Shown: piece by piece, positions 56,967-64,000 of the stretch | How positions within the stretch are numbered: position 1 is the first letter of the stretch | Layout: each line of letters starts with the position of its first letter | Source of the DNA: an uncultured Gammaproteobacteria bacterium | GTDB taxonomy: Bacteria > Patescibacteriota > Microgenomatia > Levybacterales > UBA12049 | Direction of reading: 5' to 3' | DNA length: 64,000 bases | Assembly: GCA_964391315.1 (NCBI GenBank) | Contig: CAYMJR010000003.1 | Location: 542-64,541, forward strand | Notes under the pieces: model-generated | What the model was told of the DNA's origin: nothing | Database searches by the model: none | Seen by the model: only the letters and a program-made list of their open reading frames with translations | Position numbers and translations under genes: made by a program

Positions 56967-57407
56967 ATGAAGATAACCAACCGTAAAGCATTTTTTGATG
57001 CGCTCATTCTTGAACGTTTTGAAGCTGGAATAAACCTCCTCGGAGCAGAGGTAAAAGCAGTCAGACTTGGTCATGCTGATCTAACCGGCAGCTTTGTTCG
57101 CATTACCGGAAGTGAAGCATATTTGATCAATGCGAATATCTTTCCGTATGAATATGCCAGACCTGAAGGATATGACCCTAGACGCACAAGAAAGCTGCTT
57201 CTTCATAAGAAGGAAATCATCGCTCTCAAGGCTAAAATGGAAGGCCAAAACTTGACAATCGTGCCTATTTCGATATATACTACAAGTCGTCTAGTCAAAA
57301 TCGAACTAGCCTTAGGCAAACCCAAGAAAAAGATCGATAAGAGACGTGATCTGAAGAAAAAAACAGTCGAGCGGGACATAGACGAAGCACTTAAATACGG
57401 ACGTTAA
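56967..57407 (+). CDS. smpB: SsrA-binding protein
   Basis: 146-aa ORF with GAEVKAVR, RTRKLLLHK and a basic C-terminal tail. It is followed directly by the tmRNA. Confidence 0.9.
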   Translation: MKITNRKAFFDALILERFEAGINLLGAEVKAVRLGHADLTGSFVRITGSEAYLINANIFPYEYARPEGYDPRRTRKLLLHKKEIIALKAKMEGQNLTIVPISIYTTSRLVKIELALGKPKKKIDKRRDLKKKTVERDIDEALKYGR

Positions 57408-57460
57408 AAACTAAAGAATCAATATTCGCTCTGAGAGATATTAAAGAAATATCCATCAAA

Positions 57461-57879
57461 GGGGATGACTTGATTCGACGAGATTTGTTCTTTAAAAACT
57501 GCAAGCCGACTTTGATACTAGTCGTAAAACAGATCAAAATATAAATGCTAAATCTAGCATTTTCGCACGTCTTGATGCGAAGATCGCAGCCCTCCAGGCT
57601 CGATTGGAAGCTCTTGACGGAGCTGGCCGACAAGCTTATCTTTTTGCTTAAGCTTTAAAGCCTGTTCATACTTCTCTTCCCTCACTGGGAGGGTATGGGC
57701 ATAAATACAGGTGAGGAAAGTAGTAGAGAGTTTGGTTTAGCTTTCTGCCGCATTTTTTAAACCTATACGTTGTTATTCCTGCCAATTGGAAACGGCAGCG
57801 CGAATTATATAAATTGGCTACGCTTGTAGACGTTCTTAAAAATATTTTTCGGACTCCGATTCATTGTCGGACATCTCCA
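57461..57879 (+). ncRNA. ssrA: Transfer-messenger RNA
   Basis: The 5' end is GGGGATGACTTGATTCGACG. The 3' T arm is TCCGA-TTCATTG-TCGGA, with acceptor strand CATCTCC-A pairing to GGGGATG. A tag-like frame ends ..GRQAYLFA-TAA (57646-57651). CCA is not encoded. Confidence 0.8.
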
Positions 57880-57885
57880 CACCTA

Positions 57886-57909
57886 CCCCGCCACCTGGCG
57901 GGGTTTTTT
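57886..57909 (+). terminator. Rho-independent terminator of ssrA
   Basis: CCCCGCC-ACCT-GGCGGGG followed by TTTTTT. Confidence 0.75.
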
Positions 57910-57959
57910 ATTCAATAAACCCTGTTGCTTTTCCTAAGAAAATAATCCATAGTTGAGGT

Positions 57960-58337
57960 GTGGAATTCTTCAAACCAACGTGGAAAAAGCTACTCATTGC
58001 AGCCATCCTTACCTTCTGGCCATATGTAGCAAGCGTAATATTTATCATGCTCACGAAGCATAGAGATAGCATTTCCGATCCTATGGTTCAAGCGAGCTTC
58101 TGGTGCCACACCTACTACTGGTCACCACTTTATCCTCTTGTTCAGCTTATTCCCAACTCTCAATCAAATCAGTTTTGGCAATCCAATACCTTTTATTTTT
58201 TTGTGTATCCTCTCCTGAGATTCTCAATTAGATATGTTGTCGCCTGCGCCATAATCTTTTTTGCAAATAAGCTAGTAAATAAGAATTCCAAGATAAAACA
58301 AAAGGCTTCCCCATCAGTCAGCAAAAGAAATAGCTGA
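57960..58337 (+). CDS. Hypothetical 4-TM membrane protein (GTG start)
   Basis: 125-aa ORF and the only gene between the two copies of the tmRNA 3' end. Confidence 0.4.
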   Translation: MEFFKPTWKKLLIAAILTFWPYVASVIFIMLTKHRDSISDPMVQASFWCHTYYWSPLYPLVQLIPNSQSNQFWQSNTFYFFVYPLLRFSIRYVVACAIIFFANKLVNKNSKIKQKASPSVSKRNS

Positions 58338-58351
58338 AATATAAAACATGT

Positions 58352-58404
58352 TCCAACTTTCTTTGGACATCTTCACACCTACCCCGCCACCCGGCGGGGT
58401 TTTT
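58352..58404 (+). repeat. Duplicate of the tmRNA T arm, 3' acceptor strand and terminator
   Basis: TCCAA-CTTTCT-TTGGA, then CATCTTCACACCTACCCCGCCACCCGGCGGGGTTTTT. The last 40 nt differ at 2 positions from 57869-57909. The T-arm stem is changed compensatorily (TCCGA/TCGGA to TCCAA/TTGGA). Confidence 0.8.
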
Positions 58405-58427
58405 ATTGAAAACTAATTCCCCTGTCT

Positions 58428-59405
58428 ATGCACCTTTCTTACAAAACTCGTACACTCTTAGACAAAGATATGGAGTTTACTAGATCATATCCTATGACTA
58501 TTGAAGCTATCAGAACTCCGCTAGATGGTTCAAATACAAATAAGCAGAGAACAAGACTAGGAGAAACAGAAGCAGACCCTTCCTTTATGCGTCCCTTACG
58601 TGGAGAAGAGCTTATGCAATTTGGTGAAACAGAACAGCTACTTCCTTATGTTCGCGCACAAGCAGCACGACGCTTCCCTTTTCATGTTAACCAACTTATG
58701 AGTGCCGTCGATATTGGTATAACCCAATATCATGGACATACGCCGAGAAGAGACGGCACTGAAGCATCTATACATCAAGTTCGAACCTTGTATCGAGCTC
58801 TATTAGATGATCCTGAACTAACACCTGTACAAGGAGCAATATTAGGCAACCATGACACGATTGAAGATCTTGGTTTGACCCAAAGAGATTTTGCAGAACT
58901 TCTTGGGATGCGCGAAGATAAATTTTCTCCTAAAGATATATCTCGTATTGCTTTCGGAGTCAATATATTCAGCCGTATAAGAGATGGAAAAAAATTATCT
59001 CAACCAGCATATATGGGAGGATTAGAGGATCTCCATTGGGCAGATTGTGATCTGGGAGTTATTGGAGGGAAAGCCTGGGATGGTATAGATAATGGAGAAA
59101 ATGACAAATTCATACTCATCAATGACCCTCCATCAATCGATCCTAAGAGAGTTTTAGACTTTGTAAATGGGAAATTAGAAGACGTACATAAACTTGCAAA
59201 GAGATATATACCGCAAGCTATAAGCACCCATATGCTCGCCGACACAATTCGTACCGCCAGAAGATTGGCACTCCGAGAACTTGAAATCCGAGAACTAGGA
59301 ATAAGAGAGAATGAGACTCGCAAAGCAAAACTCGGACTGCAACAAAGAAATGCTGAACACAATGTATTTACTGACCATGGGCGAGTGTTATCCCCCACAC
59401 GTTAG
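58428..59405 (+). CDS. HD-domain protein, RelA/SpoT-hydrolase-like
   Basis: YHGHTPRRDGTEASIHQV...ILGNHDTIEDLGLTQRDFAELLG parallels H.G..R..G.....H...LHD..ED...FG of (p)ppGpp hydrolase domains. The start codon choice is uncertain. Confidence 0.5.
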   Translation: MHLSYKTRTLLDKDMEFTRSYPMTIEAIRTPLDGSNTNKQRTRLGETEADPSFMRPLRGEELMQFGETEQLLPYVRAQAARRFPFHVNQLMSAVDIGITQYHGHTPRRDGTEASIHQVRTLYRALLDDPELTPVQGAILGNHDTIEDLGLTQRDFAELLGMREDKFSPKDISRIAFGVNIFSRIRDGKKLSQPAYMGGLEDLHWADCDLGVIGGKAWDGIDNGENDKFILINDPPSIDPKRVLDFVNGKLEDVHKLAKRYIPQAISTHMLADTIRTARRLALRELEIRELGIRENETRKAKLGLQQRNAEHNVFTDHGRVLSPTR

Positions 59406-59497
59406 CAACTCCTGCCTTTTTTAACACTTTTGCAGCTTCTTTGAGGGTGGTACCGGAAGTAACGACATCAGCAACAATGTAATAGAAAAGGGGTGAA
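59368..59497 (-). pseudogene. C-terminal remnant of a ComF/phosphoribosyltransferase-type gene
   Basis: My translation: ..YYIVADVVTSGTTLKEAAKVLKKAGVANVWGITLAHGQ*. This is the PRPP-binding loop (VDDVxTTGxT-like) plus the tail. The frame has no start and runs into the tRNA-Ser gene. It overlaps the 3' end of ORF 58428..59405. Confidence 0.4.
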
Positions 59498-59498
59498 G

Positions 59499-59583
59499 CG
59501 GAGAGGGTGGGATTCGAACCCACGGTATCTTGCGACACGGAGGTTTAGTAAACCTCTGCACTCGGCCACTATGCGACCTCTCC
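59499..59583 (-). tRNA. tRNA-Ser, anticodon ACT (unusual A34)
   Basis: Type II fold: GGAGAGG/TC/GCA..TGC/A/GAGGT-TTACTAA-ACCTC/long arm GTGTC-GCAA-GATAC/TGGG-TTCGAAT-CCCA/CCCTCTCC with G73. Confidence 0.7.
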
Positions 59584-59638
59584 TTGATTAATAAATGTTA
59601 TTCTCCTTAAGGCTCGTCCTCTTGAGGACGACCTCTCC
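59584..59638 (-). repeat. tRNA-Ser leader module (for Ser-ACT)
   Basis: On the tRNA strand: GGAGAGGTCGTCCT-CAAG-AGGACGAGCC-TTAAGGAGAATAACATTTATTAATCAAG, then the tRNA. Confidence 0.8.
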
Positions 59639-59649
59639 TACCTCTTATG

Positions 59650-59739
59650 CGGAGGAGACAGGATTTGAACCTGCGCGAGTTTTTTTAGGAACTCAGAGGG
59701 TTAGCAACCCTCCGCAATGGGCCTCTATGCGACTCCTCC
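59650..59739 (-). tRNA. tRNA-Ser (anticodon GCT)
   Basis: Type II fold: GGAGGAG.../GAGGG-TTGCTAA-CCCTC/long arm GAGTT..AACTC/CAGG-TTCAAAT-CCTG/TCTCCTCC-G. Confidence 0.85.
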
Positions 59740-59801
59740 ATGATTTTTAAGTTAAATTATAAATAGTGGAGTCGTCCTCCTGAGGGCGACTTCCTCCCTC
59801 C
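59740..59801 (-). repeat. tRNA-Ser leader module (for Ser-GCT)
   Basis: On the tRNA strand: GGAGGAAGTCGCCCT-CAGG-AGGACGACTCC-ACTATTTATAATTTAACTTAAAAATCAT, then the tRNA. Confidence 0.75.
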
Positions 59802-59807
59802 TTATTT

Positions 59808-59897
59808 TGGCGGAGAGGGCGAGATTCGAACTCGCGGTAGGCGTGAACCCACAGATGTTTTCAAGACATCCGCACTAGACCGCTATGCGACCTCTCC
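59808..59897 (-). tRNA. tRNA-Ser (anticodon TGA), CCA encoded
   Basis: Type II fold: GGAGAGG.../GATGT-CTTGAAA-ACATC/long arm/GCGAG-TTCGAAT-CTCGC/CCTCTCC-G-CCA. Confidence 0.85.
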
Positions 59898-59952
59898 TTG
59901 ATTAATAAATGTTATTCTCCTTGAGGCTCGTCCTCTTGAGGGCGACCTCTCC
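59898..59952 (-). repeat. tRNA-Ser leader module (for Ser-TGA)
   Basis: On the tRNA strand: GGAGAGGTCGCCCT-CAAG-AGGACGAGCC-TCAAGGAGAATAACATTTATTAATCAAG, then the tRNA. It is nearly identical to the module at 59584-59638. Confidence 0.8.
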
Positions 59953-60092
59953 ATAAATATCACCTTTTTATTCCACTTTGCGTATCAAAAAGTCCGTGGA
60001 TTGTATTGTACCAGAAACAAGCTTTCGATTCATCTTCAACAATTCTTGCAACTTTTCTTGACTTCTTTTTTCTCATCAACTAGCATGAAAGT

Positions 60093-60686
60093 ATGGAGAA
60101 GAAAAGGCAACGCGCTCAACAATGGCAACAAAAGCAAAATAGTGATTCTCAGCCCCAGCACGAAGAGGATAGTCATTTTCAGCTACCCACCCATGAGGTG
60201 CATACCTATCTCTCCTGGGAAGCACCAGGTCGACCTTTTAAAGAACGAAGTCGGGAATTTTTTGTGAATGGCTTTCTCCTCATGATGGCTGTTCAGATAA
60301 TTCTTTTTCTCTTTTCACAGTATCTGCTGATGCTCGTTGTCTTCTCTCTTCTTTTTCTCTCATTTGCTCTTTCAAGCGTACCACCACGAATGTTTCACTA
60401 TAAAATAAGTTCTCAAGGAATACTCGTTGATAAAAGTTTTTTCATTTGGGAAGAACTGTATGATTTTTACTTTTTTAAACATCATGGAAAAGAAACACTC
60501 CACGTGACAACCAGAAGTTTTTTTCCTGGAGAATTGACATTAACACTTGGTGATATTTCTATTGAGGATGTCAAAAAAGCACTTCTTCCCTTTTTACCGT
60601 TTCGTGAACATGTTGAACCAACCTGGCTTGAAAAAGCTGGAGACTGGCTTGAAAGTAACTTTCCTCTTGAACGCAGTGCTCGATAG
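60093..60686 (+). CDS. Hypothetical two-TM membrane protein with PH-like C-terminal part
   Basis: 197-aa ORF with a TTGACT..TAGCAT promoter-like sequence upstream. Confidence 0.5.
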   Translation: MEKKRQRAQQWQQKQNSDSQPQHEEDSHFQLPTHEVHTYLSWEAPGRPFKERSREFFVNGFLLMMAVQIILFLFSQYLLMLVVFSLLFLSFALSSVPPRMFHYKISSQGILVDKSFFIWEELYDFYFFKHHGKETLHVTTRSFFPGELTLTLGDISIEDVKKALLPFLPFREHVEPTWLEKAGDWLESNFPLERSAR

Positions 60687-60738
60687 CTCTCTATTTGCTT
60701 GTTGAAGCTAAATCCAGTAAAATACAATATACAAAAAT

Positions 60739-60813
60739 GCGCCCGTAGCTCAGCTGGATTAGAGCATTGGATTGCGGATCCAAAGGTCGGAAGTTCGAAT
60801 CTTCTCGGGCGTA
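60739..60813 (+). tRNA. tRNA-Arg (anticodon GCG)
   Basis: GCGCCCG/TA/GCTC-AGCTGGATTA-GAGC/A/TTGGA-TTGCGGA-TCCAA/AGGTC/GGAAG-TTCGAAT-CTTCT/CGGGCGT-A. Confidence 0.8.
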
Positions 60814-60846
60814 CTATTCCTCAGTTCTAACGCATCTGTCGATTCT

Positions 60847-60900
60847 GGAGGGATTCGTCCACAGGACGAACCCATTATTGGTAATAAAACTATTAATCAG
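60847..60900 (+). repeat. tRNA-Ser leader module (for Ser-CGA)
   Basis: GGAGGGATTCGTCC-ACAG-GGACGAACCC-ATTATTGGTAATAAAACTATTAATCAG, then the tRNA. Confidence 0.75.
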
Positions 60901-60985
60901 GGAGGGTTCGCATAGTGGCCAATTGCACGAGTTTCGAAAACTCGACCCGTTCGCGGGTTCACAGGTTCGAATCCTGTACCCTCCG
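60901..60985 (+). tRNA. tRNA-Ser (anticodon CGA)
   Basis: Type II fold: GGAGGGT/TC/GCA..TGC/A/CGAGT-TTCGAAA-ACTCG/long arm/ACAGG-TTCGAAT-CCTGT/ACCCTCC-G. Confidence 0.85.
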
Positions 60986-60992
60986 CTTATAT

Positions 60993-61064
60993 ACCTCCGT
61001 AGGCTAATGGATAAACCGCAGGATTCCGGATCCTGATATGCGGGTTCGATTCCCGCCGGGGGTA
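60993..61064 (+). tRNA. tRNA-Arg (anticodon CCG)
   Basis: ACCTCCG/TA/.../CAGGA-TTCCGGA-TCCTG/ATAT/GCGGG-TTCGATT-CCCGC/CGGGGGT-A. The D stem is weak. It starts 7 nt after tRNA-Ser. Confidence 0.7.
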
Positions 61065-61183
61065 CTCTTTCCAACTTCAATTATAATTAACTTCAGAGAC
61101 AGCTTGAGTGAAATTCCCAATACCTTGAAAATAAAAAATATATCACCTATTATTACAATGGTTATGCTCTAGAAATCTCATAT

Positions 61184-62746
61184 ATGAGCTACACAAAAAA
61201 AGTACGCCCAAACGAAGAAACAAATCATTCCAAATCAATGCCTCTAAAGTATGTAAAACAATATGGTGTATATCTCCTTCTATCTCTTTTTCTTATCCTT
61301 GGTCTTATCATAAGATCTGAAGGTATTTTTAACAATCATGTCTTATTTTTGTTTGATAATGCACGGGACTATTTATATGTTAAGAATATTGTTGTTGACC
61401 ATAGAATATATTTAATCGGACCTTCTAGTGGTGGATTGGAGGGGTATTTCCACGGAGTTTTGTGGTATTACCTTTTAACTATTCCATTTATTCTTGGTTA
61501 TGGAAATCCTCTATCAGGGAATATTTTTATGATTGTTGGTTCCCTTGCTTCTGTTGTTGCTGCTTTTTTTCTTATGCGAAAAATATCTAATACCTATGCT
61601 GCACTCCTTGCGTCGCTTTTTTTCGCTGTGATATTTTTCTCTGTAGCAACTGCACGCTTTATTTGGAATCCATATCCAATTGTCTGGCTAATGCCTTTCT
61701 ATTTTTATTTTGTCTATCAATTTTTCTCAAAAAAAATTGGTTTTATTTGGCTAGCACTACTCTCAGGTCTTTTTCTTCATTTTGAAGCAGTCTACGGCGT
61801 TCCTATGCTTTTCCCGTTTTTTGTTCTTGTAGGAATTGAAATGTATAGAAAGCAATTAAAACAACTATTACTGGGGTTACTATTGTTTGTACTTCCTATG
61901 CTTCCTTCACTTGTTTTTGATCTAAGACACCATTTCTTAATTATTGGAAGCATAGTCAAAACATTTCTTACCGGCGGTGGCACAGTAACTCATGACAGTC
62001 ATGCTGTACCGGTGATGACACGCATTGTTTTGCGTACACAAGATTTATTTACCTATACAATAGGTTCCTTAACAACCAACACAATTATCAGTATTATTTT
62101 GGCAATTGCTGCAATCTTCTCGATAAAACAACAAAAACGCTCCTTTCTTCTCTTTTCAGCTTTTGTACTTATCACACCCTATATAATATTTCTTTTTATG
62201 AAGTATTCCGTGTGGTCATATTACTGGATAGGTGAAACACCATATTTTGTTCTTCTTATTAGTTTGCTTGTTGGAACGATACCTAAAAAGGTATTACCTA
62301 TTGTTGCAATGGTAATTGTTTTTGTTTTCTCAGGATATTTTGCAGACCTTCAATTGCACAAAAATGGGTATGCCAATGAGGGCTCTCAAACCTTGTCAAC
62401 AGAATTGCGTGTCGTTGATTCAATTTATAATGATGCTGGAGGACAACCTTTTTCATTTTATCAGCTTACACCCCCTGTTTATGACTATGTCTATAGATAT
62501 GTTTATTGGTGGAGAGGATATACTACTTATCATTATTACCCGCAACAACAAAAACAACACTTAGCATATCTTGTTATTGACCCGAGCCCAGATGATCCAA
62601 ATGGTATCTTTTTCATGACTCACTCACTTAACATGCAAACAAAACCTATCAAGCAATGGAGTTTTGCTGGTGTTAAAATTGATAAATTTATTACGCTGCC
62701 GAATGAGCCACAAGTAGATGTGAGTATTTTCCCACCCCTTAACTGA
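61184..62746 (+). CDS. Polytopic membrane protein, GT-C (ArnT/PMT)-like
   Basis: 520-aa ORF with about 11 TM segments plus a C-terminal soluble domain. The assignment is by architecture only. Confidence 0.5.
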   Translation: MSYTKKVRPNEETNHSKSMPLKYVKQYGVYLLLSLFLILGLIIRSEGIFNNHVLFLFDNARDYLYVKNIVVDHRIYLIGPSSGGLEGYFHGVLWYYLLTIPFILGYGNPLSGNIFMIVGSLASVVAAFFLMRKISNTYAALLASLFFAVIFFSVATARFIWNPYPIVWLMPFYFYFVYQFFSKKIGFIWLALLSGLFLHFEAVYGVPMLFPFFVLVGIEMYRKQLKQLLLGLLLFVLPMLPSLVFDLRHHFLIIGSIVKTFLTGGGTVTHDSHAVPVMTRIVLRTQDLFTYTIGSLTTNTIISIILAIAAIFSIKQQKRSFLLFSAFVLITPYIIFLFMKYSVWSYYWIGETPYFVLLISLLVGTIPKKVLPIVAMVIVFVFSGYFADLQLHKNGYANEGSQTLSTELRVVDSIYNDAGGQPFSFYQLTPPVYDYVYRYVYWWRGYTTYHYYPQQQKQHLAYLVIDPSPDDPNGIFFMTHSLNMQTKPIKQWSFAGVKIDKFITLPNEPQVDVSIFPPLN

Positions 62747-63027
62747 TTATCTTAAAGTTTGTTTACTTAGTAGCATTTCCAGTAAGGAGAATAACTTATA
62801 CAGGTTGCTGATCCTGTTTAATATATAATTTCTGTTCTAAGAGATCTAAACACCCAATCCATATACTTTTTGATCTCAAATGTTTTGATATTTGTATTAA
62901 AATTACTTAGTTTAAGCTAGGAATTTGCATATCAAAAATTGGAATATTTGCAAATTAAGTTTGTTCAATTAAGGTTCTAATGATGTTTTCTACGCAGTAC
63001 AAAATTAAGTAGTAGCTGCTATCGCTA

Positions 63028-63819
63028 TCAACGCTGTCCTCCACCACCATGCCATGCAAGCAGTTGAATAAAAAGAAGAATCATTCCCAAAATTGACAGA
63101 CTAAATCCATTTAATGTATATTTACCAATCTTTTTCCAGTTAAGTCCTCTTGCTTTCTTAATTGCATTTTGTACTGCCTCTGGTTTTTTCTCTCCTGACT
63201 GAGAAAGCCCTTGCAATTCGTCCAACGTATCCAAACCCTGTTGTAGATCATGCTCATCACCCTCTGCTACTGGTGTAGTGACTCTTTCAGCTGGAGCTGG
63301 CTTAACGTCACTTCCTTCCTGCTCACGTGCTTGTTTTTGTTTTTGTTCTTGAGTTTCAAACGCTGCATTCACCTCATCATTATTAAGAATCTGATCAGCT
63401 TCGTCTGGGGTTTTACCATATGCATCTTGCAAAAGCTGTTTCGCGTCATCTCTTCCTACGCCTGCCTGAATCATTTGCTGTACAAATTGTTCCTCTTTTA
63501 GCCCTTCCTGTGTCACATATTCTTTCAATGACTGTGGTACCTGTTCTTCGCCATGAGCACCTTCGCTAGGTGGCACATGTCCATCCTGTGGTTTGTCTCC
63601 CTCTGGCTCTTTCATACCAGCCTCCTGTGGTTTAGGTCCTTCAGCTGATCTCGCTGGAGGATCTCCTCTTTTACGACCACCCAAAACGAGAGAAGCTAAG
63701 CTCCCAAGGACAGCTCTTCTTGTTACTCCTGGCTTCGGTGGAGCTTCTGCTCCTTCTACTGGCGCTGGGCTTTGAGGATCTTCCTTTTTCGGTTCTGGTG
63801 ATTTATCCGCTTCTTGCAT
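63028..63819 (-). CDS. Acidic low-complexity protein with C-terminal TM anchor
   Basis: 263-aa ORF with a Glu/Pro/Gln-rich body and the C-terminal hydrophobic segment FSLSILGMILLFIQLLAW. Confidence 0.45.
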   Translation of the reverse strand: MQEADKSPEPKKEDPQSPAPVEGAEAPPKPGVTRRAVLGSLASLVLGGRKRGDPPARSAEGPKPQEAGMKEPEGDKPQDGHVPPSEGAHGEEQVPQSLKEYVTQEGLKEEQFVQQMIQAGVGRDDAKQLLQDAYGKTPDEADQILNNDEVNAAFETQEQKQKQAREQEGSDVKPAPAERVTTPVAEGDEHDLQQGLDTLDELQGLSQSGEKKPEAVQNAIKKARGLNWKKIGKYTLNGFSLSILGMILLFIQLLAWHGGGGQR

Positions 63820-64000
63820 AGACTTTCTGTCATTGTATACACTCTTCAGATTTTATGCAAATAGAAGAGAAATCCGTTATAATGACACAAGAAGTATATT
63901 GATTGCTCTAACTCCATACTTGATAGTAACTTTATAAAATCATAATAAAAACCCAGGAGGGATCACTCTTTAGGACGATCCCAATGAAAATAAGATTTGT

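Noticed and set aside
62972-62981. A third occurrence of AGGTTCTAAT, the loop motif of the tRNA-fMet mimics, lies in the 62.75-63.03 kb intergenic region, near two GGAAT(A)TTTGCA direct repeats.
   Set aside because: It is only a 10-nt match in AT-rich sequence. It has no adjacent CCCCGCAACATAA and only a weak stem, so it is compatible with chance.
1-64000. I looked for CRISPR arrays, rRNA genes, intact IS elements or prophages, and signs of stop-codon reassignment (UGA recoding as in some CPR lineages).
   Set aside because: No spacer-repeat array and no rRNA-like sequence were seen. Only one transposase relic is present. Conserved genes read through to normal lengths with TAA, TAG and TGA as stops, so the standard bacterial code fits.

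Overview
AT-rich, gene-dense chromosomal segment with short intergenic gaps, many start/stop overlaps and most genes on the minus strand. The gene content suggests a small-genome Patescibacteria/CPR-like bacterium; this is inference only, since no rRNA is present to confirm it. Supporting content: ATP-dependent DNA ligase, archaeal-type UMP and CMP kinases, a stand-alone 5'-3' exonuclease, B12-dependent class II RNR, many orphan membrane proteins and large GT-C-like integral membrane proteins. Recognisable housekeeping genes are recF, mutM, ftsH, murD-murI, gpsA, radC, nrdR-nrdJ, a pduO-type adenosyltransferase, gap, gdhA, glpX, pgk, rpe, rpiB, two tandem class A PBPs, a SpoIID-like protein and smpB-ssrA. 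There are also 8 tRNA genes. No rRNA, no CRISPR array and no intact mobile element were seen. The ORFs read well in the standard code. Main observations follow. (1) Two paralogous cobalamin-riboswitch-like leaders lie in tandem downstream of nrdR-nrdJ. One controls pduO; the other controls a 486-aa protein with a C-terminal zinc ribbon that I cannot place in any family. This is my best candidate for an undescribed B12-linked function. (2) An initiator-like tRNA(CAT) with eroded initiator features is followed by two acceptor/T-arm mimics that repeat its 3' end and bracket single-gene islets. (3) The tmRNA 3' end plus terminator is duplicated 496 bp downstream, around a one-gene islet. (4) All four tRNA-Ser genes carry a conserved leader module that begins with a copy of the tRNA's own 5' end followed by a GC-rich hairpin. 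(5) The anticodon set is unusual: Ser-ACT, Ile-TAT and Arg-GCG. (6) A VirD4/TraG-like ATPase forms an operon with three orphan proteins and a doubly frameshifted receiver domain. All coordinates and motifs were read by eye; no database search or folding program was run.
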